NCBI RefSeq assembly: GCF_013003965.1
Contig: NZ_CP053069.1
Location: forward strand, 525,419 to 589,418
Reading direction: 5' to 3'
DNA: 64,000 nt
Source of the DNA: Usitatibacter rugosus
GTDB lineage: Bacteria; Pseudomonadota; Gammaproteobacteria; Burkholderiales; Usitatibacteraceae
Shown here: positions 28,666 through 37,289 of the stretch, in pieces
Layout: the number at the start of each line of letters is the position of its first letter
Numbering within the stretch: position 1 is the first letter of the stretch
Position numbers and translations under genes: made by a program
The notes under the pieces: generated by a model
The model's input: the letters and a program-made list of their open reading frames with translations, nothing else
Database searches by the model: none
What the model was told of the DNA's origin: nothing

Positions 28666-30048
28666 ATGAAGACGATGCGCTCGCTTCTCATCGGCGTGGC
28701 GATGGCCACCGCCATCCTCCCGGCCATCGCCCAGCAGCCCGCGAAATGCCAGCTCGCGAAGATCGCGGAGTGGCCGGTTCGATTCGTCGGAAACAATCCG
28801 GTTATCGACGGTGCTATCAACGGCAAGAAGATCACGATCCTCCTGGACACCGGCTCCTACGTGAGCCTGGTCATGAAGGCATCGGCGGAGAAGCTCGGGT
28901 TGAACCTGAGGGGGACGGGCCAGTTCGCGGGCGGCTTCGGCGGCTCGACGCCGATCTTCGTGACGAATATCGAGGAGATGCGTATCGGCGAATCGGTGCG
29001 GAAGAACTGGCGTGTGCGCGTCGCGGGCGAAGGCGCTCCTCCGTTCGACTTCATCCTCGGCGACGATTTCTTCAGGCAGGTCGATCTCGAGTTCGACTAC
29101 GCCAAGGGCGTGGTGCGCGTCTTCCAGCCGGAGAACTGCAAGAGCGCCTTTCTCGGATATTGGGATGCGAACGCGCAGGTGCTGCCGATGTTGAACGACA
29201 AGCAACATGTCGTGGTGCCCATCAAGATCAATGGCCGCGAGGGAAGGGCCACGCTCGACAGTGGCGCCGCGGGCTCGCTCGTTTCGCTTGCATTCGCGGA
29301 GAGCGTGGGCATCACGAAGGATTCCCCGGGCGTCCTTCCGGGCGGATGCTCGTCCGGCATGGGAGGCACGGGCCTGCGCAACTGGGTGTCCCGGTTCGAC
29401 TCGGTGTCCATCGGCAACGAGACGATCCGCGATCCGATGCTCCGCATCCAGGATTACTCGACGACGGACATGAGGCAGGCGTCCGACATGTTCCTTGGCA
29501 CCGATTTCCTGAAATCGCACCGCGTGTACATCGCGCGAAGCCAGGACAAGGTGTACTTCTCGTATACCGGCGGGCAAGCGTTCACAGCGACGCCCGGCGT
29601 CGATTGCGACAAGCGCGAGGCCGACAAGGGCACGCCGGAGCTGCTGGCGTCCTACCAGCAGGCGCTCGCGGCCAACCCGAATGACACGAAGACGCTGATG
29701 CAGCGCGCGGACCTTCGCCGTCGCACGGGCGATTCGCCGGGCGCGATGGCCGACCTCGACGCGGTGATCAAGCTGGAGCCGACCAACGGTGTGGCACTCG
29801 CAATGCGCGCGTCGATGCGGGCGCAGGCGAAGGACATCGATGGCTCGCTCGCCGATTCCGAAGCGGCGATTGCGCAAGGGATTCGCATGGCGCCGATGTA
29901 CGCGAACCGCGGGGCGATGTATCGATCCAAAGGCAATTGCGAGCGCGCGATCGTGGAGTACGAGGAGGCGCTGAAGATCGATCCCAACCTGCAGTCCGCG
30001 CTGCGCGGACGCGATGCGTGCCGCAAAGGTGAAGCGAAGAACGAGTGA
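28666..30048 (+). CDS. secreted tandem retropepsin-like aspartic protease domains with C-terminal TPR repeats
   Basis: Signal peptide. Two D-T/S-G-A motifs (ILLDTGSYV and TLDSGAAGS). C-terminal TPR-like helices (AMYRSKGNCERAIVEYEEALKIDPN). Confidence 0.65.
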   Translation: MKTMRSLLIGVAMATAILPAIAQQPAKCQLAKIAEWPVRFVGNNPVIDGAINGKKITILLDTGSYVSLVMKASAEKLGLNLRGTGQFAGGFGGSTPIFVTNIEEMRIGESVRKNWRVRVAGEGAPPFDFILGDDFFRQVDLEFDYAKGVVRVFQPENCKSAFLGYWDANAQVLPMLNDKQHVVVPIKINGREGRATLDSGAAGSLVSLAFAESVGITKDSPGVLPGGCSSGMGGTGLRNWVSRFDSVSIGNETIRDPMLRIQDYSTTDMRQASDMFLGTDFLKSHRVYIARSQDKVYFSYTGGQAFTATPGVDCDKREADKGTPELLASYQQALAANPNDTKTLMQRADLRRRTGDSPGAMADLDAVIKLEPTNGVALAMRASMRAQAKDIDGSLADSEAAIAQGIRMAPMYANRGAMYRSKGNCERAIVEYEEALKIDPNLQSALRGRDACRKGEAKNE

Positions 30049-30061
30049 CGCAAAAATGTAG

Positions 30062-30090
30062 TTGACACGTTCGTGGCGCGCGACTAAAGT
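30062..30090 (+). promoter_or_regulatory. sigma70-like promoter TTGACA-N17-TAAAGT
   Basis: -35 TTGACA at 30062-30067, 17-nt spacer, -10 TAAAGT at 30085-30090. Confidence 0.5.
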
Positions 30091-30096
30091 TCGCTC

Positions 30097-30322
30097 CCTC
30101 ATTCAACACAGCACGACTATTAACCGGACATGAAACACAGCCTTCACATCAACCAGACGCAACCACGCGCTTCCGAGCCGCGGGTCGGGACCTTTGCGTC
30201 CTGCCTACGCGACGGTGCGACGTATCGCGACTACTCCGGGAGGATGACGGCCTAAAACCCGCTCATCCATCGTGCTGTGACACGAAGCCCGGAGATCGAA
30301 AGACTCCGGGCTTTTTGCTTTT
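30097..30322 (+). ncRNA. candidate small RNA (about 220 nt), 6S-like long-range closing helix, ends at an intrinsic terminator
   Basis: Predicted promoter just upstream. 5' CACAGCACGA (30107-30116) pairs with 3' TCGTGCTGTG (30270-30279). Terminator hairpin CCCGGAG..CTCCGGG plus CTTTTTGCTTTT. No ORF. Confidence 0.4.
30288..30322 (+). terminator. rho-independent terminator
   Basis: GC stem CCCGGAG/CTCCGGG followed by a T-run. Confidence 0.65.
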
Positions 30323-30334
30323 CTTGCGTTGTTT

Positions 30335-30360
30335 GTCATTCCCGCGAAAGCGGGAATCGC
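30335..30360. repeat. dRS3-like palindrome GTCATTCCCGCGAAAGCGGGAATC (ATTCCC-N8-GGGAAT, GAAA tetraloop hairpin)
   Basis: Second copy at 41820-41848. Confidence 0.7.
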
Positions 30361-30453
30361 TCTTTAACAATTCGGATGTGGTCTATTGGCGCCCGCCGTA
30401 TTTGGCGGCGGGCGCAACGGGCAGGTATCGCCCATGAATTTCATTTCATCAAT

Positions 30454-30530
30454 GCCCCGCTGGCGGAATCGGCATACGCGCTGGTCTCAGGAACCAGTCC
30501 TTCCGGGTTCGAATCCCGGGCGGGGTACCA
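30454..30530 (+). tRNA. tRNA-Leu(CAG)-like, non-canonical: class I length (77 nt) with a 5-nt variable loop instead of the long Leu variable arm
   Basis: Hand-folded cloverleaf: acceptor GCCCCGC/GCGGGGT, Leu-type D-arm GGCGGAATCGGCATACGCG, anticodon loop CTCAGGA, T-arm CCGGG-TTCGAAT-CCCGG, A73, encoded CCA. Confidence 0.5.
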
Positions 30531-30536
30531 ATCAAC

Positions 30537-30614
30537 ACCCTTGTAGCTCAGCGGATCGAGAGCGCCTGGCTACGAACCAGGAGGACGGGAGTTCGATTCT
30601 CTCCGAGGGTGCCA
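30537..30614 (+). tRNA. tRNA-Arg(ACG)
   Basis: Acceptor ACCCTTG/CGAGGGT (A1:U72, one G-U). D-arm GCTC-AGCGGATCGA-GAGC. Anticodon arm CCTGG-CTACGAA-CCAGG. T-arm GGGAG-TTCGATT-CTCTC. G73 and CCA. Confidence 0.65.
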
Positions 30615-30615
30615 T

Positions 30616-30691
30616 GCCTTCCTAGCTGGTCTGGTGACAGCGCCGCGCCGAAATCGCGGAGAGCTCCGCTCGAAACGGAGGGGAGGCACCA
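30616..30691 (+). tRNA. tRNA-Phe(GAA)-like, non-canonical (C33, T-loop CTCGAAA); starts 2 nt after the Arg tRNA
   Basis: Full cloverleaf: acceptor GCCTTCC/GGGAGGC, D-arm GCTG-GTCTGGTGA-CAGC, anticodon arm CCGCG-CCGAAAT-CGCGG, 4-nt variable, T-arm CTCCG-CTCGAAA-CGGAG, A73 and CCA. Confidence 0.45.
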
Positions 30692-30760
30692 CGTTGTCGG
30701 ACATGCAACTTCATGCACTTAAGTCCATTAAGTCCATGAAGCTGCATCTCGGAAGTCCAC

Positions 30761-30834
30761 GGTGATCTTGGTGTAGCGACAGCACATCGCGCTGTGAACG
30801 CGAAAGGTCCGGTTCGATTCCGGCGATCACCCCA
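30761..30834 (+). tRNA. tRNA-His(GTG) with encoded G-1, C73 and CCA; T-stem slightly irregular
   Basis: G-1 then GTGATCT..GATCAC, C, CCA. Anticodon loop CTGTGAA. T-loop TTCGATT. Confidence 0.55.
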
Positions 30835-30991
30835 CTCACGTACAGCAGGGACCACATCCGCATGCGCCTCGAAAGAGGCACACCAGATTCGTCTGGAACG
30901 CATCGCAGAGGGCGAGGCTCGTGAGTCCTCCCTGGCGCGCTCGCCCGAAGTCGGAGGGGCGCGTACCGCGGTACGGGAAGGACGGATACAG

Positions 30992-31065
30992 GGCGACCTA
31001 GCTCAGCTTGGGAGAGCGCCGGCGAAAGCCGGAGGTCGTGGGTTCGAATCCCATTGTCGCCACCA
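30992..31065 (+). tRNA. tRNA-Ala-like cloverleaf whose anticodon loop is replaced by a GAAA tetraloop (74 nt, no anticodon)
   Basis: Acceptor GGCGACC/TGTCGCC, A73, CCA. Ala-type D-arm TAGCTCAGCTTGGGAGAGC. Anticodon arm CCGGC-GAAA-GCCGG. T-arm GTGGG-TTCGAAT-CCCAT. Confidence 0.45.
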
Positions 31066-31136
31066 TTGCATAGCTCAGTCTGGAAGAGCGATCGGCTGAT
31101 AACCGACTGTCGCGGGTTCGACTCCCGCTGCAAACC
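31064..31136 (+). tRNA. tRNA-Ile(GAT)-like with a defective acceptor stem; overlaps the CCA of the upstream tRNA-like; no encoded CCA
   Basis: D-arm GCTC-AGTCTGGAA-GAGC. Anticodon arm ATCGG-CTGATAA-CCGAC. T-arm GCGGG-TTCGACT-CCCGC. Acceptor has only 5 bp (TTGCA/TGCAA). Confidence 0.4.
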
Positions 31137-31433
31137 TCGCGCGGAAGCGCTTGTGCGATGACAGCAGTACCCGGAACCGTCCCCGCGAAGCAGTGCATCG
31201 CTTCGCAGCGCGGACCGGCTTGCGCACCGATGCGTGCGCGATGGATGGAGCGGCAACAGCCGGACGACGCGTCGCTCGCGAGGCGCGGCCGCTTCCCCCA
31301 TCGCGGCGCCCGGAGCCCGCCGGATCGGCGTGGGGCGGTTCCACCCTATTCGTGGTTCAAGGAGCAGTCGCAGCAACAAGGAGCAGTCGCAGTAGAAGCA
31401 TCCATTTGTCCAACAGAGGAAAGGAGGTTGATC

Positions 31434-32567
31434 GTGTTTGGGAAATACCATGTGAAGAAGGACGAGCGAGCGCTCCTGTTCCGCAAAGGAGACTTCGTTC
31501 GCGTGCTCGGTCCTGGGGAGCACAAGGTTCCGTTCTTCGGCGGCTATGAGGCCGAGAAGTATTCGGTCGACAAGCCGCTGTTCGAGCACCGCCTCGCGGA
31601 GTACCTGCGCAAGGCGGAACCGGAAGCGGTCGAACGCGAGTTCGTCGCCCTGGAGCTCGGCCCGATGGAAGTAGGCCTGCGCTACGAGAACGGCGTGCTG
31701 GCGGAAGTGCTCGCACCGGAGACGCGTCGCCTGTACTGGAAGGGCTTCGTGGAGATCCGTTTCGAGACCTTCGACATCACGCGCGATTTCGCCATCGCGC
31801 CGGCGCTCGCGCGCCAGCTCGCGGCCGGTTCGGTGCGTGGCTCGCGCGTCGCAGGCACCGAAGGCGTCTTCGCGGTGCAGGTGCCGCAGTACCACGTCGG
31901 CGTGCTGTACGTGGACGGCAAGGTCGAGAAGCTGCTCGATGCCGGCCTGCATGCCTACTGGAAGTACCACCGCGACCTGCGCGCGGAGCTCGTGGACCTT
32001 CGCCTCCAGTCGCTGGAGGTGGCGGGCCAGGAGATCCTCACGAAGGACAAGGTGTCGCTGCGGGTGAACCTGAACGCGGGGTATCGCGTGACGGACGTGC
32101 GGGTCGCCTACGCGAAGCAGGCCAAGCCGATGGACTACCTGTACAAGGAGCTCCAGTTCGGCCTGCGCGCGGCGGTGGGCACGCGCACCCTGGACGAGCT
32201 GCTCGAGAACAAGGGCGTGATCGACGAGGTGGTCGAGCGCCACATCAAGCGCCGCGTCGAAGGCTTCGGCCTCGAGGTGGACTCGGTCGGCGTGAAGGAC
32301 ATCATCCTGCCGGGTGACATGAAGCTGATCCTGGCGAAGGTGGTGGAGGCGGAGAAGGTGGCGCAAGCCAACGTGATCCGCCGCCGCGAGGAAACGGCGG
32401 CGACGCGTTCGCTGCTGAACACCGCCAAGGTGATGGAGGACAGCCCGATCGCCCTGCGCCTGAAGGAGCTGGAAACGCTGGAGAAGGTCACCGAGAAGAT
32501 CGACAAGATCTCGGTGTTCGGAGGCCTCGACGGCGTGCTGAAGGATCTCGTGAAGATCCGTGCATGA
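31434..32567 (+). CDS. SPFH/band-7 family protein
   Basis: GTG start 6 nt after AGGAGG. SPFH-type domain. C-terminal coiled-coil region. Confidence 0.75.
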   Translation: MFGKYHVKKDERALLFRKGDFVRVLGPGEHKVPFFGGYEAEKYSVDKPLFEHRLAEYLRKAEPEAVEREFVALELGPMEVGLRYENGVLAEVLAPETRRLYWKGFVEIRFETFDITRDFAIAPALARQLAAGSVRGSRVAGTEGVFAVQVPQYHVGVLYVDGKVEKLLDAGLHAYWKYHRDLRAELVDLRLQSLEVAGQEILTKDKVSLRVNLNAGYRVTDVRVAYAKQAKPMDYLYKELQFGLRAAVGTRTLDELLENKGVIDEVVERHIKRRVEGFGLEVDSVGVKDIILPGDMKLILAKVVEAEKVAQANVIRRREETAATRSLLNTAKVMEDSPIALRLKELETLEKVTEKIDKISVFGGLDGVLKDLVKIRA

Positions 32568-32665
32568 CCCCAGCCCGCTGGAGACGTCCGGTCGGCTGGG
32601 CTTTTTCTTGAATCCGAACGGCCCGGGCGCCGCGTCCTAGCTGGACACCGAGGACGGGAGGCTTC

Positions 32666-33577
32666 ATGCGTCACGCCGTGTTCGCGCTGGCCGCGCTGCT
32701 TCTTGCCGCATGCCATTTTCCCGAGCCGAAGGTCGGCCTCGCAGGTCCGTTGCCCCTCGACCTCACCTACCGGGAGGCCCGCGGCGGCCTCGTGATCCTG
32801 ACCGGCCGCGTGGACGACCGCGAGGACGTGGACTTCATCCTCGACACGGGCGCCCCGGTGAGCGTGCTCCTCGACGGCAAGCGGACCACGAAGCTGGGCC
32901 TCGATACTCGCCTCGCCGTCCCGCTCGGCAACCCCAACAATCCCGCGACACCCACGGGCGTCCTTCGCGGCGATACGCGCATCGCGTTCAACGGCGTCAC
33001 GCTCTTGGGACTCACGGTCGTGGTCATTCCCGAGAAGTCGATGCCGTGCAGTGAGCGCTTCGACGAGATCGGCTTCGCCGGCGTGATCGGCGCGGATCTC
33101 TTCCGAAAGTTCGTCGTGGAGATCGATCCCGTCGCCAAGCGCGTTCGCCTGCACGACCCCGCCAAGTGGCAGCCTTCGCCGGGCGCCTCCATCGTTCCCA
33201 TCGCGTTCCGCGACGGCCACCCGTTCACGATGGTGAAAGTGCGCCTGCCTTCGGGTGACACCGTCTCCGAGGACATGAACATCGACATCGGCATGAACGG
33301 CTCGATCTCGCTCGTAGCCGGTAGCCACCCCGCCATCGTCATGCCGAAGGACGGCAAGCCGGGCAACTCGTGCTTCGTGAACGGCGCGCGCAGCGAGATG
33401 ATCGGGGCTCCGCTCGACGTGACGCTCGGCACGAAGAGCTTCCGCGTCGAGGCGCCGCGCTATACCGAGTACCTGAATGCGGTGAGCGACAAGCGCGGCG
33501 GCACGCTCGGCGTGAAGCTCTTCCAGGGCGAGCGCCTCACCATCGACTATCCCGGCAAACGCATAGTGGTAGGATAA
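32666..33577 (+). CDS. lipoprotein, retropepsin-like aspartic protease
   Basis: Lipobox LLAAC. Motif FILDTGAPVSVL. Second half also pepsin-like (IDIGMNGSISL). Confidence 0.65.
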   Translation: MRHAVFALAALLLAACHFPEPKVGLAGPLPLDLTYREARGGLVILTGRVDDREDVDFILDTGAPVSVLLDGKRTTKLGLDTRLAVPLGNPNNPATPTGVLRGDTRIAFNGVTLLGLTVVVIPEKSMPCSERFDEIGFAGVIGADLFRKFVVEIDPVAKRVRLHDPAKWQPSPGASIVPIAFRDGHPFTMVKVRLPSGDTVSEDMNIDIGMNGSISLVAGSHPAIVMPKDGKPGNSCFVNGARSEMIGAPLDVTLGTKSFRVEAPRYTEYLNAVSDKRGGTLGVKLFQGERLTIDYPGKRIVVG

Positions 33578-33661
33578 TTGCTGTAGTTCGGACCCCAGCT
33601 GATTGGCCAGGAATCGTCCGCAAGCCGTTCGATTCCACAACCATCACGCTCGAGGTCCGCC

Positions 33662-35764
33662 ATGCGCCGCTCGCCTTTTCCCCTTGTCGTTCTCTCCGCG
33701 CTGTTCGCGCACTCCGCCTTCGCGCAGCAATCCCCGCCGAAGGAGCAAACGCTCCCCGAAGTGAAGGTCACCGCCGCCGTCGAGGAGACCGCGACCGGTC
33801 CCGTCGGCGGCTATAACGCGAAGCGCTCCTCCACCGCGACCAAGACCGACACGCCGCTTGCCGAGACGCCGCAGTCCGTGACGGTGGTCACGCGCGAGCG
33901 CATCGAGGAGATGGGCGCGACCAACCTGCAGGACGCGCTCAACTACGCCGCGGGCGTGCGCCCCGACGCGTTCGGCGTGGACTCCCGCTCCGACGGCGTC
34001 CTCGTGCGTGGTGGCTACCCCGACGAATATCGCGACGGGCTTCGACGTCTCTTCGGCTACTACACCAGCACGGCTCGCGTCGATCCTTACGCCCTCGAGC
34101 GCATCGAGGTGCTTCGCGGGCCTTCGGCGATGCTCTACGGCCAGGGCACGACGGCCGGCATCATCAACATGGTGTCGAAGCGCCCACTCGCCGAGAATTT
34201 CCGCGAGATCGGCGTGCAGTACGGCACGTGGGACCGCAAGCAGGTCATGGCCGATCTCACCGGCCCGCTCACGAGCGACGGCAAGTGGCTCTACCGCATC
34301 ACGGGCCTGCTGCGCGAATCCGACACGCAGGTCGACTACGTGCCGGACGACCGCAAGATGATCGCCCCGGCGCTCACGTGGAAGCCGAACAGCGACTTCA
34401 CGATCACCTTCCTCGCGAACTGGCAGAAGGACGAGACCGGCTCCACGCTGCAGTTCTTCCCGTGGCAGGCGGTGCGCGGGCCGAACCCCAACGGCCAGGT
34501 GCCGACCAGCCGCTTCATCGGCGAGCCGGGCTTCGACCGCTACGACACCGAGCGCTCCGAGGCGGGCTGGACGCTCGACTACAAGCTCAATCGCGACTGG
34601 ACGTTCCACCAGACGGCGCGCTACTCGCGGAACGAAAACGAGTACTTCACGCTGTACTCGGACTCGTTCACCTCGCCCGGCAACGTGTTCCTCGATCCCG
34701 CGCAGCGCGTGATCGACCGCTTCGGCGAGGGCACGATCCGCAAGAACAGCCTGGTCGCCGCGGACCAGAACCTCGAGGGCAAGATCCGCCACGGCATCTT
34801 CCAGCACACACTGCTGGCCGGCGTCGATGCGCTGCGCTTCCGCGAGGAGTCGAAGAGTGCCTCGAACTACCCGCCCGTCTACGGCGGCACGGTCCCGCCG
34901 ATCGACATCTACAACCCCATCTACACGGGCTTCGACGTCGGGCCGCTCGCCGACCTGCCGAAGACGAAGATGCGTTCCATCGGCGTCTACCTGCAGGACC
35001 AGGTGAAGATCGACAAGCACTGGATCGTCGTGGCCGGCGTTCGCCACGACGAGGTGACGAGCTCCGTCGAGGGCCTGGACGACGACAAGGACGACGCGAC
35101 CACCTACCGTGCGGGCCTCATGTACCTCACCGACTCGGGCTGGTCGCCCTACGTGAGCTACAGCGAGTCGTTCACGCCGATGGCCGGCATCAACACCACG
35201 ACGCTTGATCGCTTCAAGCCGTTGCGCGGCGAGCAATACGAGGTCGGCGTGAAGTTCCAGCCCGCCAACGCGCCGTACAGCTTCACGGCCGCCGCGTACA
35301 ACCTCAAGGAAGAGAACCGCGTCCTCGAGCTGACGCCGGGTGTCGTCACGCAGGTCGGCGAGACGAAGACCAAGGGCGTCGAGCTCGAGCTGGCCGGGCG
35401 CATCCTCTCCGCCCTCGACGTCGTCGTGAACTACAACTGGATCGACAACGACGAGCAGCTCGACACGCTGCCGAAGAACCAGTTCTCCGCATGGGGCACG
35501 TATCGCTTCACCGGCGGCATGAAGGGGCTCTCGGCCGGCCTCGGCGTGCGCTACCTTTCGAGCTTCAAGGACAAGAGCGCGCCGGTGACGCCGTCGAACA
35601 CGCTGGTGGACGCGATGATCGCGTGGGACACGGGTCCTTGGCGCTTCGCGATCAACGGGCAGAACCTCGCCGACAAGATCTACGCGAGCACCTGCCTCGA
35701 CCGCGGCGATTGCTTCTACGGAGCGCGGCGCACGATCGTGGGCAGCGTCTTCTACCGCTTCTGA
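33662..35764 (+). CDS. TonB-dependent outer-membrane siderophore-type receptor
   Basis: Signal peptide. TonB-box-like ETATGPV. Plug domain. Beta-barrel motifs. C-terminal YRF. Confidence 0.85.
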   Translation: MRRSPFPLVVLSALFAHSAFAQQSPPKEQTLPEVKVTAAVEETATGPVGGYNAKRSSTATKTDTPLAETPQSVTVVTRERIEEMGATNLQDALNYAAGVRPDAFGVDSRSDGVLVRGGYPDEYRDGLRRLFGYYTSTARVDPYALERIEVLRGPSAMLYGQGTTAGIINMVSKRPLAENFREIGVQYGTWDRKQVMADLTGPLTSDGKWLYRITGLLRESDTQVDYVPDDRKMIAPALTWKPNSDFTITFLANWQKDETGSTLQFFPWQAVRGPNPNGQVPTSRFIGEPGFDRYDTERSEAGWTLDYKLNRDWTFHQTARYSRNENEYFTLYSDSFTSPGNVFLDPAQRVIDRFGEGTIRKNSLVAADQNLEGKIRHGIFQHTLLAGVDALRFREESKSASNYPPVYGGTVPPIDIYNPIYTGFDVGPLADLPKTKMRSIGVYLQDQVKIDKHWIVVAGVRHDEVTSSVEGLDDDKDDATTYRAGLMYLTDSGWSPYVSYSESFTPMAGINTTTLDRFKPLRGEQYEVGVKFQPANAPYSFTAAAYNLKEENRVLELTPGVVTQVGETKTKGVELELAGRILSALDVVVNYNWIDNDEQLDTLPKNQFSAWGTYRFTGGMKGLSAGLGVRYLSSFKDKSAPVTPSNTLVDAMIAWDTGPWRFAINGQNLADKIYASTCLDRGDCFYGARRTIVGSVFYRF

Positions 35765-35765
35765 T

Positions 35766-37253
35766 TCACCAGCGGCAGTTGCCCTCGCCGAACTCGTTGG
35801 CGATCAGGGGGACGACGGCGGCAAGGCCCAGGCCCGCCCACGCCGTGCGGCAGTCGGGCTTGCGCGCGTTCTCGATCGCGATCTGCTCCTTCGTCTTGCG
35901 CTCGGGCGGCGGCGGCATCGGGAAGGGCATGATCGCGCGGTTGCCGCTGCCTTCGCGTGCCATCTCACGCGCGCGCCGCAACGCGGAATCTCGATCGAGG
36001 CCGGGCTTGGAGCTGAACGGATCGTAGTCGGAGGTCGGCTCCGGCGGCGCGATGCCGGGACGATCGCGCGGATTGAACGGCATCGGAGGCGCGGGTGGAG
36101 GAATGCCCGTCGGGCCGCTGCGTTCCGGCGTTCGTGCATCCGGGCGCTCGGTTGTCGTGGGCGTGGGCGACGTCGGTGCGCGGCTCGGTGCAGCCGTCGG
36201 TGCCGGTGTGTCGCGAATCTCCGGCGGTGCGGCGAGATCGCGTGACCGCTGCGTGCTGTCGCCGCGCGTGCGATCCGACGGCGGCACCTGCACGGGCACC
36301 GGGACCGCGGGCACTTCGACCGGCTTCGCTTCCACCGGCGGCGTGACGAATCGCTCGATCACCGGCGCGGGCACGGCAGGCATCGACACCGGCGGAATCT
36401 CCACGGGCCTGATGTCGACGGGCGGCGCGGGTGCGGGCATGGGCGGCGGCGCCTTCGGTGCGACGAGCGGTGCGGCAACCGCAGGCGCTTCAACCGGCGC
36501 GCGGTCGATGCGCGGCGGCGTCGCGCGCTCGAGCGCCGCGGGCGCAGACGGAATGGGAATGGGCGGTGCCGGAATCACGGGCGCGGGGGGCGGAGGCTCG
36601 GGCGGCGCCGGCACGACGGGTACTGGCACCGGCGGAGCTTCAGGCGGTGGTGTTGGCGAAACGGGCAGCGTGATCGGCGCCGGCGGCGGCGGAGGCTGAA
36701 GCAGCTCTGGTCGTCGTTCCGGCACGACAACGCGATCCATCAACGGCGGAATCACGACCGGCGTCTCCACCTTCGCGGGCTCGGTGCGTTGCGGCGCGGG
36801 CGGCGTCTCCGGTGGAGGTGCGGGCGCGGGTGCCGGCGGCGGAGGGGGTGCGGCAATCTCCGGAGCGGGACGAACCTCCTCCTGCGGAGCGCTCACGGGC
36901 GGTGCGACCGGGGAGATGGCGGGCTCCGGCGCGGCGGCGGGCTTCGGAGGTGCGGGACGCGGTGCGGGCGCGGGCCTCGCACCGGGCGTGAGGTACGTGT
37001 CGCGAAGCGAACGATCGGGCTTCAGTGCGGGCGGGGCCGGCGTGAACGCCTCGCGAATCACGACATCGAGCGAGCCCCAGATCGCGCGGCCCTGCGGGCT
37101 GCCGCCACTCGGCGCCCCGAACAGGAGGATCGCCATCGTGTGCAGCAGCATCGAGAGGATGATGAATTCCCCGAGCGGCGCCGGCTCGATGGAGCGCCAC
37201 GGGCCCCGCGAGCGCGGGCCGAAGGGGGAACGGAATGAGTCGGTGAAGGCCAA
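35766..37253 (-). CDS. proline-rich membrane-anchored protein (TonB-like architecture but lacks a recognisable TonB C-terminal domain)
   Basis: N-terminal TM helix EFIILSMLLHTMAILLF. Long PAPxPP low-complexity region. Convergent with the receptor gene. Could be partly an artefact of GC-rich sequence. Confidence 0.4.
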   Translation of the reverse strand: MAFTDSFRSPFGPRSRGPWRSIEPAPLGEFIILSMLLHTMAILLFGAPSGGSPQGRAIWGSLDVVIREAFTPAPPALKPDRSLRDTYLTPGARPAPAPRPAPPKPAAAPEPAISPVAPPVSAPQEEVRPAPEIAAPPPPPAPAPAPPPETPPAPQRTEPAKVETPVVIPPLMDRVVVPERRPELLQPPPPPAPITLPVSPTPPPEAPPVPVPVVPAPPEPPPPAPVIPAPPIPIPSAPAALERATPPRIDRAPVEAPAVAAPLVAPKAPPPMPAPAPPVDIRPVEIPPVSMPAVPAPVIERFVTPPVEAKPVEVPAVPVPVQVPPSDRTRGDSTQRSRDLAAPPEIRDTPAPTAAPSRAPTSPTPTTTERPDARTPERSGPTGIPPPAPPMPFNPRDRPGIAPPEPTSDYDPFSSKPGLDRDSALRRAREMAREGSGNRAIMPFPMPPPPERKTKEQIAIENARKPDCRTAWAGLGLAAVVPLIANEFGEGNCRW

Positions 37254-37289
37254 GGGTGCCGGGTCGGGTGCTCTCCCGGCATTTTACGG

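Noticed and set aside
30454-30530. Reading the first tRNA-like as tRNA-Gln
   Set aside because: The anticodon reads 5'-CAG-3' (Leu), not CUG. The D-arm is Leu-type and the discriminator is A73.
30835-30990. Possible seventh tRNA-like in the 156-nt gap between His and Ala-like
   Set aside because: Tetraloop hairpins are present (GCCTC-GAAA-GAGGC, CCAGA-TTCG-TCTGG) but no acceptor/T-arm/CCA combination could be folded by eye. Left as structured spacer.
32135-33640. 501-aa minus-strand ORF overlapping the SPFH and lipoprotein-protease genes
   Set aside because: No domain, Arg/Gly-rich. Both overlapped plus-strand genes have strong signals (SD, lipobox, DTG motif).
35766-37253. Calling the Pro-rich protein TonB
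   Set aside because: It has the TM anchor and Pro-rich spacer, but no recognisable TonB C-terminal domain in the last 90 residues.
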